Assembly: GCA_963776245.1 (NCBI GenBank)
Contig: CAVZLN010000004.1
Location: 256,001-320,000 of the forward strand
Source of the DNA: Candidatus Eiseniibacteriota bacterium
GTDB lineage: Bacteria; Eisenbacteria; RBG-16-71-46
Reading direction: 5' to 3'
DNA length: 64,000 nucleotides
The number at the start of each line of letters is the position of its first letter. Position 1 is the stretch's first letter. Positions 8,884 to 20,151 of this stretch are shown piece after piece. Both the position numbers and the translations under genes were made by a program. The notes beneath the pieces are model-generated. The model was not told the DNA's origin and ran no database searches. It saw nothing but the letters and a program-made list of their open reading frames with translations.

Positions 8884-11800
8884 GTGAGCGTGAGAGGTAT
8901 CGCGCGCAGCATCGTTCTGGTCCTCGGAGTGACATCCGTCAGCATGGTGGCGTCCGCCCAGCAGCCGCCCGCGCCGCCGAAGCCCGGGCCGGCGCCCAGG
9001 GGAGGCGCCGCCGCGCGACCATCCGAGCCGCCCGCGGTCGCCACGGTGGGCGCCCTTGGCGTCCCGCGCGCCGAGCTCGAGGCCGGGCTGCAGCAGGCGC
9101 TCGCGGACTATCGCCAGCGTTCCGGGAAGGAAGTGCCGGCCGAGTTCCGTCCGATCGTCGAGCGCCAGGTGCTCGAGAGCCTGATCCGTCGCCGGCTGCT
9201 CCTTCTCGAGGCTGGCCGCCAGAAGCTCGGAGGCACCGATGCCGATGCCGAGACCGAGCTGAGACGGGACCCGTTCTTCCAGGAGAACGGCCGATTCAGC
9301 GAGGCCAAGTTCCAGGCCATCAAGGCCCAGGACCCGGCGCGCTGGGCGGCGAGCCTGCAGGCGATCAAGAGCCAGCTCGGCGCCATCAAGCTGGGCCAGC
9401 GGCTGGAACGGGAGCAAGTCGCGTCCGAGGAGTCCATGCGGGCCCAGGCCGAGCATGATCTCCAGCGCGCGAACGTGAGCCACCTCGCCCTGCGCGCCGC
9501 GGAGTTCCCGGGACTGTATCCCGAACCGCGCGAGCAGGACATCATCGACTACCATCGCTCTCACGCTGAGGAGTTCCGCCGGCCGGCGCGCGCGAGCCTC
9601 ACGGTGATCTTCATCGACCGGCCGGCGCTCCCCGAGAGCCTCGCGAAGGATGCCGCGGCGGTGCGCGCGTGGGAGGACGGTCTGCGTCCGCGCGCCGACA
9701 GCGTGCTGGCCGCGCTGCGGGCCGGCGCGTCGATCGACTCGATCGGCGCGCTGCTCGGCGGCGTGCGCCGCGACGCGGTCGTCACGCGGCAGTCGTTCCC
9801 CGGCTTCTGGGGGGGAGACGCGCGCGCCGATGCGACGGTGTTCACCACCGCCGTGGGACGGTACCTTCCGGAGCCGGTGCGTGCGCGGCCCGGGTGGCTG
9901 GTGGCGCGGGTGGAGGAGTCCACGCCGGAACACGTGGCGCCGCTGTCCGAGGTGGCGAAGGAGATCCGCGCGCGCCTGCGCTCGGATGCCCAGGAGAATG
10001 GCGACGAGCGCCGGCTGCGCGCCTTCTACGAGACCCAGCGCGACAGCCTCGCCGGCCCCGCGATCCGCGTGCGCTACGCGGCGCTCGACACCGGGCGCGT
10101 CGCGATCCGTGATCCGAGCGCGGCGGACCTCGACCGCTTCTATCGCGGCCACCTGGCGGACTATTCGTCGTTCGATCGCGCGACCGGAGCGGTGCAGGCG
10201 AAGAGCCTCGCCGAGGTCCGCGAGGACGTGCGAGCGCGATGGATCCGGGACCAGCGGCTGGAAGTGGTGCGCGATGCGGCGGAGAGGATCCACCGGGCGT
10301 GGTCGGCGAACAAACGCGATGCGGCGGCCGAGCGCGTCGCGACCACGCTGCGGGAGGTCGGCCCGCTGCCCGTCGAGGGGCGCCCGGACACCGGCCTCGC
10401 CGGGGCGGCGCTCGGCGACCTGCTGCGGTCCCAGGGCGCCCAGCGGGGGGCGGGGATCGGAACGTTCGCGCGCGGCCGGCTGGTGTGGTCGGTCATCGAC
10501 GTGACGTCGAAGGTCACGCCGACCTTCGAGCAGGCGCGCCCGCGTCTCGTCGAGATGCTCGCGCGGCGGCAGGAATCGAGCGACGAGGGCGCGGCGAAGG
10601 AGCTCTGGGCGAAGGACCCGCAGCGGTTCGCCGGCGGGGACCTCCTCCACGTGACCCGCCTGCTCTGCCCGTTCCCGGGCCCGCTCGACGTGCCGCTCAC
10701 GCGGGAGGAGGTCGAGCGCTGGCACCGCGAACACATCTCCGACTACGCGGCGGGCGAGCAGGCGAGCGCGCGGCACATCCTCATCGAAGCGGAGAACGCG
10801 ACTCCCCAGACCCTCGAGTCGGCGCGCCAGCGGGCGCTCGCGGTGCTGGCCCGCCTGCGCGCGGGCGAGCGGTTCGCGGACCTGGCCCGGCAGTACTCCG
10901 ATGACGTCGCGACGCGCGAGAACGGGGGGGACCTCGGCACCTTCGGGCGCGGCGTGATGCTCGACGCCTTCGATCGGAAGGTGTTCTCGATGCGCCCGGG
11001 CGAGGTGAGCGAGCCGGTGAAGACCGAGGTGGGATGGCACATCATCGAATGCCTCGATCGCCTGCCGGCGGATGCCGAGCCGCTGGCGCGGATCTACACC
11101 AACGTGGCCGCCGACGCGGCCCGGGCGAAGGCCGAGCGCATCGCGCTGGCACGTGCGGACAGCCTGCTGGCGCGCATCCACAGCGTGGCCGAGGCGAAGA
11201 CCGTGGCCCAGCGCACCGGACTGCCCACGGCGCAGATGGTGTTCGTGATCGGCGAGAAGGGCCTGCTCCCCGAAGAGCAGGCCTTCCGGCGCTCGCTCGA
11301 GCACTTGAAGCCCGGGCAGATCGCCCCGACGGTGCAGCCGATGAAGGGGTTCGGAGTCGGCATCATGTGGGTGGACAGCGTCACGCCGGCCCCGCGTCCG
11401 GCGTGGGAACAGGCGCGCGAGCGGGCCCTCGCCACGTACCGGGGCGATGCGGCCCAGCGGACGCTGACCGCCAAGCGCGCCGAACTCGACTCCATGCTGC
11501 GGAGCGGATGGACCTTCGACAGCCTCGCCACGCTGTTCGGCGGGCTGGGGACGGTCGATTTCGCCCGTGGGGGCACGATCCGCGGCCTCGGGAAGCCGCC
11601 GGCCGATCTGGATTCGCTGGTGTTCGGCGTGGGCAGGACCCCGGCGCCGCTGCAGCCCGGAGACGTGAGCCGCTGGCTCGAGTTCGGCTCCGGGAGTGTG
11701 CGGCTGCGATTGAACGAACGGATCGAGCCTGCGCCCGCGGAAGTGGACGCCCGCCTTCGGAGCCAGCGCCGGGCGGCGGTGGAGACCTCCATGCGGGAGT

Positions 11801-11895
11801 ACTTCGAGGGGCTCAAGGCCCGCTTTCCCGTGCGCATCCTCGACCCCAGGTTGCGCGACCTGACCCCGCCGGCACCCCCCTCGCCAGGAGGCTGA
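8884..11895 (+). CDS. Large exported SurA/PpiD-like chaperone with parvulin (rotamase) domains
   Basis: GGAGGAGA RBS before GTG 8884. Signal peptide, SurA_N-like VLESLIRRRLLLLEA, one intact parvulin motif (ARHILI...FADLARQYSDD...GGDLGTF...SEPVKTEVGWHII) and several degenerate copies. Confidence 0.8.
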   Translation: MSVRGIARSIVLVLGVTSVSMVASAQQPPAPPKPGPAPRGGAAARPSEPPAVATVGALGVPRAELEAGLQQALADYRQRSGKEVPAEFRPIVERQVLESLIRRRLLLLEAGRQKLGGTDADAETELRRDPFFQENGRFSEAKFQAIKAQDPARWAASLQAIKSQLGAIKLGQRLEREQVASEESMRAQAEHDLQRANVSHLALRAAEFPGLYPEPREQDIIDYHRSHAEEFRRPARASLTVIFIDRPALPESLAKDAAAVRAWEDGLRPRADSVLAALRAGASIDSIGALLGGVRRDAVVTRQSFPGFWGGDARADATVFTTAVGRYLPEPVRARPGWLVARVEESTPEHVAPLSEVAKEIRARLRSDAQENGDERRLRAFYETQRDSLAGPAIRVRYAALDTGRVAIRDPSAADLDRFYRGHLADYSSFDRATGAVQAKSLAEVREDVRARWIRDQRLEVVRDAAERIHRAWSANKRDAAAERVATTLREVGPLPVEGRPDTGLAGAALGDLLRSQGAQRGAGIGTFARGRLVWSVIDVTSKVTPTFEQARPRLVEMLARRQESSDEGAAKELWAKDPQRFAGGDLLHVTRLLCPFPGPLDVPLTREEVERWHREHISDYAAGEQASARHILIEAENATPQTLESARQRALAVLARLRAGERFADLARQYSDDVATRENGGDLGTFGRGVMLDAFDRKVFSMRPGEVSEPVKTEVGWHIIECLDRLPADAEPLARIYTNVAADAARAKAERIALARADSLLARIHSVAEAKTVAQRTGLPTAQMVFVIGEKGLLPEEQAFRRSLEHLKPGQIAPTVQPMKGFGVGIMWVDSVTPAPRPAWEQARERALATYRGDAAQRTLTAKRAELDSMLRSGWTFDSLATLFGGLGTVDFARGGTIRGLGKPPADLDSLVFGVGRTPAPLQPGDVSRWLEFGSGSVRLRLNERIEPAPAEVDARLRSQRRAAVETSMREYFEGLKARFPVRILDPRLRDLTPPAPPSPGG

Positions 11896-11980
11896 GGCCG
11901 GAGCGACGGAGCCCTCAAGCCGTGCGGTCCCGCCGTGGCCCTGGCCCGGCGGGGCCGCGCGAGCGGTCCTGGGAGCGCAC

Positions 11981-12007
11981 TCCAGTGCCGTGCCCCGGTG
12001 GCCGATA
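11981..12007 (+). promoter_or_regulatory. Possible sigma28 (FliA/WhiG-type) promoter
   Basis: TCCAG-N15-GCCGATA, 42 nt upstream of GTG 12050. Confidence 0.35.
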
Positions 12008-12049
12008 CCCCGGGATACGACGGCTGAAACCCAGCGCCATGGAGGCCCC

Positions 12050-13396
12050 GTGTCCGACGCCATGAGCTCGATCCATCCGACCCTCTCGGGCGGCACCACC
12101 TACCGCGTGGTCCTGGTCGATTTCGACTGGGAGGACGCCGACCTGCTGCCGCCGCTGCTGCGGCGTCCCGGCATCTCGGTCCGGCTGGTGGCGGGAGAGC
12201 GCAATGACGACCCGGGGCTGCGGGTGGCTGAGCTGTGCGGGCTGCCCCGCACCGTGGACCTCGCCGACCTGACACGCGAGATCTTCGACCTCGCCCTGGT
12301 GAGCGAACGCAGTCCCCGCCGCACCCAGGTGGAAGGACTCCTCCTCGCCCTCGGCACGCCCTGCGCGCCGCCCCGCGCGTTCCTCGCCGGGGACACGCTC
12401 CACGATGTCGACGTGCCGGCCATCGAGGCGTCGCTCGCGCTCCACGCCGCGGCGTTCGAGACCACGCTCGGCGGGCAGTCCTTCGACGCCATCGTCGAGC
12501 AGACGCTCCCCGATCTCGGCGCGGACGCGCCCACCTCGCCCCGTCCGGTGCGCACCGGCACCCACGCCGTGCACGCGGTCTCGAGCCTGGATGACTTCCC
12601 TTCCCCGGAGGACCGGGCGGGTCTCGAGCAGGCGCTCGGCAGCCTGGTGGCGAACACCGGCGCGACCGCCGCGGTGCTGCGGGCCGGCCGGTCGGACGAG
12701 ATGCAGGTGGTGGCGCACGTCGGAGGAGATGACCCGCTCCTGAAGGGGCTGGTCGATCTCGCGCTCCAGCTCAACACGGCGCAGGTGGTCACCCGTCTCA
12801 CCGGTCCCGAGGAGGGCAAGGCGTGGGGCGCGTGGCCGTTCCGCACCACCCAGCGCCGCGGGGTGCTCGCGGCCGCGGCGATCGATCCCGCGATCGGCTG
12901 GACGCAGTGGGAGCGCATGGTCGAGGAGCTCCGCACCACGTGGGACGAACGCGACCGGGAGATCGCCGCGCCCGCCTTCCCGATGGTGCCCGAGGGCCGC
13001 GAGGGCTGGATGGCCGAGGACGAGTTCGGCACCCGCATCGATCTCGCGGTGGAGCGCAATCAGCGCGACGGGCTGCGCTTCACGCTCCACCGGCTCTCCT
13101 TCGTGGATGTCGCGGGCGCGGTCCACGCGATGTGCGAAGCGCTCCCGGACCAGCTGCGGAGCACCGACTGCATCTGCCGGCGGGGCGAGCGTGAGGTCCT
13201 GATGCTCACCGCGGGCGAGAACTCGGGGTACGCGCACGTGCGCCGCCGGCTGCTGGCGCTCTGGGAACACGCCTGGCACCTGGACGGGCAGGCGCCCCCG
13301 GCGCCGCCGATCACGGACGAGAGCGTGGGACTCGGTGGCCCGGAGGACGCGGTGGCGTTCCTGGCCCACGCTGGCCGCTGGATGGGAAGCGCGTAG
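12050..13396 (+). CDS. Hypothetical signalling protein: Rossmann-like N-terminus, GAF-like middle, degenerate GGDEF-like C-terminus
   Basis: GGAGG before GTG 12050. C-terminal FGTRIDLAVERNQRDGLRFTL...LRSTDCICRRGEREVLML aligns by eye to the GGDEF fold without the GGDEF motif. Confidence 0.55.
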   Translation: MSDAMSSIHPTLSGGTTYRVVLVDFDWEDADLLPPLLRRPGISVRLVAGERNDDPGLRVAELCGLPRTVDLADLTREIFDLALVSERSPRRTQVEGLLLALGTPCAPPRAFLAGDTLHDVDVPAIEASLALHAAAFETTLGGQSFDAIVEQTLPDLGADAPTSPRPVRTGTHAVHAVSSLDDFPSPEDRAGLEQALGSLVANTGATAAVLRAGRSDEMQVVAHVGGDDPLLKGLVDLALQLNTAQVVTRLTGPEEGKAWGAWPFRTTQRRGVLAAAAIDPAIGWTQWERMVEELRTTWDERDREIAAPAFPMVPEGREGWMAEDEFGTRIDLAVERNQRDGLRFTLHRLSFVDVAGAVHAMCEALPDQLRSTDCICRRGEREVLMLTAGENSGYAHVRRRLLALWEHAWHLDGQAPPAPPITDESVGLGGPEDAVAFLAHAGRWMGSA

Positions 13397-13454
13397 TCGC
13401 GGCTCCCTCCGCCGCGCCATCCCGCGTCCCCGCGTGGCGCGCGCGCCCGATTCC

Positions 13455-13484
13455 TTGACGCTCCTTCCAGCGCTCTGTCACCCT
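13455..13484 (+). promoter_or_regulatory. sigma70-type promoter of mutL (near-leaderless)
   Basis: TTGACG-N18-CACCCT, then 8 nt to ATG 13493, no SD. Confidence 0.45.
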
Positions 13485-13492
13485 GTCGCGCC

Positions 13493-15277
<1,785 letters not shown>

Positions 15278-15289
15278 CGGCGCCCGCGC

Positions 15290-16213
15290 ATGAGCCCGGC
15301 GCGCGTGCTGGCGGTGGTCGGCGCCACGGCCACCGGGAAGACGGCGCTCGCCGAGGCGCTCGCCGACGCGGTCGGCGGCGAGGTGGTGTGCGCGGACTCG
15401 CGGCAGGTGTTCCGCGACCTCGACGTGGGCACCGGCAAGCCCGACGCCGGGCAGCTCGCGGCGCGCGCGCACCACCTGTTCGACTCGCTCACGCTGGGCG
15501 AGCGCGCGAGCGCCGGCTGGTACGCGCGGGCCGCGCGCGCGGCGTGCGCGGCGCTCCACGCCCGCGGCCGTGTGCCGGTGCTGGTGGGCGGGTCGGGGCT
15601 GTACCTGGCGGCGGCGCGTCGCGGGCTCGCGCAGGAGCCCCCGCACGACCCGGCGCTGCGCGCGGCACTGGTCGCCGAGGCGGCGGCGCTCGGCACGCCC
15701 GCGCTGCACGCGCGGCTGGCGGCGGCGGATCCCGAGACCGCCTACCGGCTGGCCCCCGCCGACACCCAGCGCGTGACCCGCGCGCTCGAGGTGCTGGAGG
15801 CGAGCGGACGGCCGCTCTCGTGGTGGCACCGCCAGCCGCCCGGGCCCGCAGTCTCCGGGGAGTGGCGCGTGGTCGAGATCACGTGCGGACCCGCGGCGCT
15901 CGACGAGCGCATCGCCGCCCGCACGCGCTGGATGTTCACCCACGGCCTGGTCGAGGAGACGCGCGGCATCGTGGATTCCGGCCGCGCCCCGGCGCTGCGG
16001 GCGCTGCGCGCCGTGGGCTACGACGAGGCGCTCGACCTGATCGCGGGAGGGCTCGACCGGACCGCGGCGGAGGCGCGCACCACGCTGCGCACCCGCCAGC
16101 TCGCCAAGCGCCAGCGGACGTGGTTCCGCCACCAGGTGGACGCCGCCCGGATCGACGGGGCGGCGCCGCTCAGCCGGCTGCTCGAGCGGGCGCTGCAGGC
16201 GATCGGACCCTGA
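15290..16213 (+). CDS. miaA: tRNA dimethylallyltransferase
   Basis: GATATGKT, ADSRQV, VGGSGLY, TRQLAKRQRTWF; follows mutL. Confidence 0.96.
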   Translation: MSPARVLAVVGATATGKTALAEALADAVGGEVVCADSRQVFRDLDVGTGKPDAGQLAARAHHLFDSLTLGERASAGWYARAARAACAALHARGRVPVLVGGSGLYLAAARRGLAQEPPHDPALRAALVAEAAALGTPALHARLAAADPETAYRLAPADTQRVTRALEVLEASGRPLSWWHRQPPGPAVSGEWRVVEITCGPAALDERIAARTRWMFTHGLVEETRGIVDSGRAPALRALRAVGYDEALDLIAGGLDRTAAEARTTLRTRQLAKRQRTWFRHQVDAARIDGAAPLSRLLERALQAIGP

Positions 16214-16254
16214 GCGGGGGAGGGCGGGGTCCGGCCCGCGGGCCGGGCGCCGCA

Positions 16255-16283
16255 TTGACAGGCCCGATACGGCTCACTAGGTT
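16255..16283 (+). promoter_or_regulatory. sigma70 promoter of tRNA-Gly/der operon
   Basis: TTGACA-N17-TAGGTT. Confidence 0.75.
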
Positions 16284-16315
16284 ATGGGCCGTCTCTGCGC
16301 CGACACTTCAATGGT

Positions 16316-16391
16316 GCGGGCATAGCTCAGTTGGTAGAGCGCGAGCTTCCCAAGCTTGAGGTCGCGGGTTCGACCCCCGTTGCCCGCTCCA
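16316..16391 (+). tRNA. tRNA-Gly (CCC)
   Basis: GCGGGCA/TGCCCGC acceptor stem, anticodon arm CGAGC-TTCCCAA-GCTTG, GGTTCGA T-loop, U discriminator, encoded CCA. Confidence 0.97.
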
Positions 16392-16456
16392 TCTTCTTCG
16401 TCGAATCCGGCGCGCCGGTCCAAGACGTGACGGCGCGCCGTCGCTCCCTGGGGACC

Positions 16457-17767
16457 ATGCCCGCACCCGTCGTCGCCATCATCGGCCGTCCGAACGTGGG
16501 CAAGTCCACGTTCTTCAATCGCGTGCTCGGGGAGCGGCGGGCCGTGACCCACGACCTGCCCGGCGTGACGCGCGACCGCAACGCGGTGCGCGCCGAATGG
16601 TGCGGACGCGCGTTCCTGCTGGTGGACACCGGCGGGTTCCTGCCGGCCGCCGCCGAAGGCCGCGACCACGAGGTGCGCAAGCAGGCCGAGACCGCGATCG
16701 GGCTCGCGCACGTCGTGCTGTTCATGGTGGACGCGCTGACCGGGGCCACCGATCTCGATAACGCGATCGCCCGCAGCCTGCGCCGCACCGGCTCCCGGAC
16801 CATCGTGGTGGTGAACAAGGTCGACCGGCCGGGCGACCCGGTGGCGCACGACTTCCATCGGCTCGGCCTCGGCGAGCCGGTCGCGATCTCGTCCGAGAAC
16901 GGCTACGGGATCGGGGACTTGCTCGACCTGCTGGTCGCGCAGCTGCCGCCCGAGCCGGCGAAGTTCGAGGATGCCCTCGCGCGCATCGCCATCGTCGGGC
17001 GCCCGAACGTGGGAAAGTCGTCGATCGTGAACGCGCTGGTCCGCGAGGAGCGCATGATCGTGGAGCCCCAGCCCGGGACCACGGTCGATGCCATCGACGC
17101 GCACTGGGTGACCCCCGAGGGGACGTTCGTCCTGGTGGACACCGCCGGCATCCGCCGCCAGGCGCACTTCGGCGACCAGGCGGAGTTCTACGCCACCGTG
17201 CGCGCCCTGAACGCGCTGGAGCGCGCCGACGTCGCGTGCCTCGTGGTGGACGCCACCGAGGGCTTCCTGCGCCAGGAGGCGCGCCTCGCCCAGCACGCGC
17301 TCGACGCGGGGTGCTCCACGCTGATCCTCTACAACAAGTGGGACCTGATCGAGGATCGCGAGACACGCTGGAAGGCGCTGATCGCCGAGCGGCAGGAGCG
17401 CTATCCGTCGCTCGCCGACCTGCCGTCGGCGCCGCTCTCGGCGACCGAGGGCACGCACCTGCATCGCCTGCCCCATCACCTCCAGCAGCGGGTGAACGAG
17501 CACCGTCGCAAGATCAAGACCCATGACCTCAACGAATGGCTCGCCGCGGTGCAACGCAAGCGCGCGGTGCCGAGCAACAACGTCGGCCGGCTGCCGAGGA
17601 TCTACTACATGACCCAGACCGGGGTGAAGCCGCCCGCTTTCACGTTGTTCGTCAACGCGCCCTCGCGGCTCGGCGACAACTACCGGCGCTTCCTGTGGAC
17701 GCAGTTCGCGGAGCACTTCGGGTTCGCCGGCACGCCGGTCAAGCTGCTGGTGAAGAAGAGCGACTGA
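16457..17767 (+). CDS. der: Ribosome biogenesis GTPase Der
   Basis: Two GTPase domains (GRPNVGKST/DTGG/NKVD and GRPNVGKSS/DTAG/NKWD) plus a KH-like tail. Confidence 0.96.
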   Translation: MPAPVVAIIGRPNVGKSTFFNRVLGERRAVTHDLPGVTRDRNAVRAEWCGRAFLLVDTGGFLPAAAEGRDHEVRKQAETAIGLAHVVLFMVDALTGATDLDNAIARSLRRTGSRTIVVVNKVDRPGDPVAHDFHRLGLGEPVAISSENGYGIGDLLDLLVAQLPPEPAKFEDALARIAIVGRPNVGKSSIVNALVREERMIVEPQPGTTVDAIDAHWVTPEGTFVLVDTAGIRRQAHFGDQAEFYATVRALNALERADVACLVVDATEGFLRQEARLAQHALDAGCSTLILYNKWDLIEDRETRWKALIAERQERYPSLADLPSAPLSATEGTHLHRLPHHLQQRVNEHRRKIKTHDLNEWLAAVQRKRAVPSNNVGRLPRIYYMTQTGVKPPAFTLFVNAPSRLGDNYRRFLWTQFAEHFGFAGTPVKLLVKKSD

Positions 17768-17768
17768 C

Positions 17769-18425
17769 ATGTCCCTCTCCACCACGGCGGGCTTCACGCT
17801 GGTGGCGTTGCTGGTCGGCTTCGTGAGCGGCTCCCTGCCCTGGGGCCTGTGGCTGGGGCGCGCGTTCCGCGGCATCGACGTGCGCACCGTGGGGTCGAGG
17901 AATCTCGGCGCCACCAACGTGTACCGCACGCTCGGCCCGGCGCTCGGCATCACCACGCTGGTGCTCGACATCGTCAAGGGCGCCCTCCCGGTGCTGGCGA
18001 TCGCCGGCTGCCCGGCCACCCCGGCGTTTCTCGGCGGACCGGCGTGGTGCGGGATCGGGGTCGGCCTCGCGGCGGTCGCGGGCCACGTCTTCACCCCGTT
18101 CGCCGGGTTCAAGGGGGGCAAGGGCGTGGCGACCATGGCGGGCGTGCTGCTGGCCCTGGCACCCGCGGCCTTCGGCGTGTTCGCGGGGGTGTTCCTCGTC
18201 ACCCTCGCGCTCACGCGCTACATCTCGCTCGGGTCCATCCTGGGGGCGGTCGCGTTCGCCGGGGCGCTCGCCTTCCTCGCCCCCGGGAGGGTGCGCAGCC
18301 CGCTCTTCGCATTCGGCGTCGTGGTCGCCGCGCTGGTGATCGCGCGCCACCACGAGAACATCGCGCGGTTGCTGGCGGGCACCGAGCGGCGCTTCTCGTT
18401 CCGCGGCAGCGGGGGATCGACATGA
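17769..18425 (+). CDS. plsY: Glycerol-3-phosphate acyltransferase PlsY
   Basis: DVRTVGSRNLGATNVYR, GHVF...FKGGKGVAT, HHENIARL. Confidence 0.95.
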   Translation: MSLSTTAGFTLVALLVGFVSGSLPWGLWLGRAFRGIDVRTVGSRNLGATNVYRTLGPALGITTLVLDIVKGALPVLAIAGCPATPAFLGGPAWCGIGVGLAAVAGHVFTPFAGFKGGKGVATMAGVLLALAPAAFGVFAGVFLVTLALTRYISLGSILGAVAFAGALAFLAPGRVRSPLFAFGVVVAALVIARHHENIARLLAGTERRFSFRGSGGST

Positions 18426-19411
18426 CGCGCATCGCCGTGCTGGGAGCCGGTTCGTGGGGAACGACGCTCGCCGTGCATCTCGCGCAGGCCGGCCACGAGG
18501 CCGTGATGTGGGGCCATGACCGCGCCGATCTGGCCGCGCTCGCCGCCGACCGCGAGAATCGGAAGTTTTTGCCTGGCATCGCGCTTCCCGACGGGGTTAA
18601 GGTTCAGCCGGAACTCGACGCGGCGCTCGCGGGGGCGGAGATCGCGCTGTTCGTGGTGCCCTCGCAGGCGGTGCGCGGAGTGGCCGCGAAGGTGAAGCAG
18701 GCGGGGTCGAAGGCGGTGCCCATCTCGGCGTCGAAGGGACTCGAGCTCGGCACGCTCAAGCGGCTCTCGGAGGTGCTGGCCGAGGTCCTCGGGGACCCCT
18801 CACCGGTGGTGTTGACCGGGCCGAGTCACGCCGAGGAAGTGAGCCGCGGCATCCCGACCTCGATCGTGGCCGCATGTGCCGACGAGGCGCGGGCCGAGGC
18901 GGCGCAGCGTCTGTTCTCGACCGGAAGGCTCCGGGTGTACCGCAACACCGACGTCGCCGGCTGCGAATACGCGGCCGCGCTCAAGAACGTGATCGCGATC
19001 GCGGCGGGGGTGTGCGACGGCGTGGGGTTCGGGGACAACACCAAGGGCGCGTTGCTCACCCGCGGGCTGGCGGAGATCGGCCGGTTGGGGATGGCGATGG
19101 GGGGCAGGCAGGCGACGTTCTCGGGGCTGGCCGGTATGGGGGACCTCATCGCCACCGCGATGAGCCGCCACAGCCGCAACCGTGGAGTCGGCGAGCGCAT
19201 CGGTCGCGGGGAGACGCTGGAGCAGGTGCTGGGCACGATGGTCATGGTGGCGGAGGGGGTGGACACGGCGCGGGCGGCGCGCGATCTCGGCCGCGCGCAC
19301 CGGGTGGAGCTTCCGATCACCGATCAGGTGTGCGCGATGTTGTTCGACGGACGCAGCCCGCGCGAGGCGCTCCAGGCGCTGATGACGCGCGACTTGAAGA
19401 GCGAGGCCTGA
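18422..19411 (+). CDS. gpsA: NAD(P)H-dependent glycerol-3-phosphate dehydrogenase
   Basis: GAGSWGT, GPSHAEEV, ALKNVIAIAAG, GLAGMGDLIAT..S.HSRN. Confidence 0.96.
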   Translation: MTRIAVLGAGSWGTTLAVHLAQAGHEAVMWGHDRADLAALAADRENRKFLPGIALPDGVKVQPELDAALAGAEIALFVVPSQAVRGVAAKVKQAGSKAVPISASKGLELGTLKRLSEVLAEVLGDPSPVVLTGPSHAEEVSRGIPTSIVAACADEARAEAAQRLFSTGRLRVYRNTDVAGCEYAAALKNVIAIAAGVCDGVGFGDNTKGALLTRGLAEIGRLGMAMGGRQATFSGLAGMGDLIATAMSRHSRNRGVGERIGRGETLEQVLGTMVMVAEGVDTARAARDLGRAHRVELPITDQVCAMLFDGRSPREALQALMTRDLKSEA

Positions 19412-19436
19412 AGGCTCGCACGCGAGGGAGGTAGCA

Positions 19437-19835
19437 GTGCCGCCGAAGAAGACGGACACCGAGAGCGACGGCAAGCTCTATCGCTCGATCAGCGAGGTGA
19501 GCGACCTGGTGGGCGTGAAGCCCCACGTGTTGCGCTACTGGGAGACTCAATTCAGCATGCTGCGTCCGCGCAAGAACCGCGCGGGGAACCGGATGTACCG
19601 GCCCGAGGAGATCAAGCTCCTGATGCACATCCGGGAGCTGCTCTACGACCGCCGCTTCACCATCGCGGGTGCCCGCCGCCGGCTGCTCGACCAGCGCAAG
19701 GAGCCCGCGGCCCAGCCGCCGCAGGTCGAGATCGGGTTCGCCGACGCGGACCGCCGACTGGCTCTGCACGAGATCAAGAGCGAGCTCCAGCGCATCGCGT
19801 CGCGGCTGCGCGAGCGCGAGCCGGTCGGCGCCTGA
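19437..19835 (+). CDS. MerR-family HTH regulator
   Basis: KLYRSISEVS...KPHVLRYWETQF..LRPRKNRAGNRMY; GGAGG RBS. Confidence 0.9.
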   Translation: MPPKKTDTESDGKLYRSISEVSDLVGVKPHVLRYWETQFSMLRPRKNRAGNRMYRPEEIKLLMHIRELLYDRRFTIAGARRRLLDQRKEPAAQPPQVEIGFADADRRLALHEIKSELQRIASRLREREPVGA

Positions 19836-19879
19836 ACCGCAGCGCGACGACGGCGCCGCGGTCCGATGCCATGGCCGAC

Positions 19880-19908
19880 TTGCAGGATCGGCGCGTGTCG
19901 CCTAGATT
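19880..19908 (+). promoter_or_regulatory. sigma70 promoter of tRNA-Pro(GGG)
   Basis: TTGCAG-N17-TAGATT. Confidence 0.6.
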
Positions 19909-19942
19909 CCGCGGCGAACCGGGGCCTCGAGTCCCGTCCGGT

Positions 19943-20019
19943 CGGGGCGTAGCGCAGCCCGGTAGCGCACCTGCATGGGGGGCAGGGGGTCGCTGGTTCG
20001 AATCCAGTCGCCCCGACCA
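19943..20019 (+). tRNA. tRNA-Pro (GGG)
   Basis: CGGGGCG/CGCCCCG acceptor stem, anticodon arm CCTGC-ATGGGGG-GCAGG, GGTTCGAATCC, CCA end. Confidence 0.96.
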
Positions 20020-20151
20020 TTTGCACCCCTTCCCGCGGCCCCTGGCAGCGGCCCCCGCCCGGCATCGATCCCCGTCCGTGGCCGGGCCATGCCCACTCGA
20101 GCCCCCGTCCACGCCCGCGCGGGTGACCGGATGCCGGAGCGAGGGAACCCC

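Noticed and set aside
2498..12275. Long minus-strand ORFs (1428, 1087 aa) and other Arg/Ala/Pro-rich ORFs in the track
   Set aside because: Antisense or off-frame shadows of recognised genes with no family motifs
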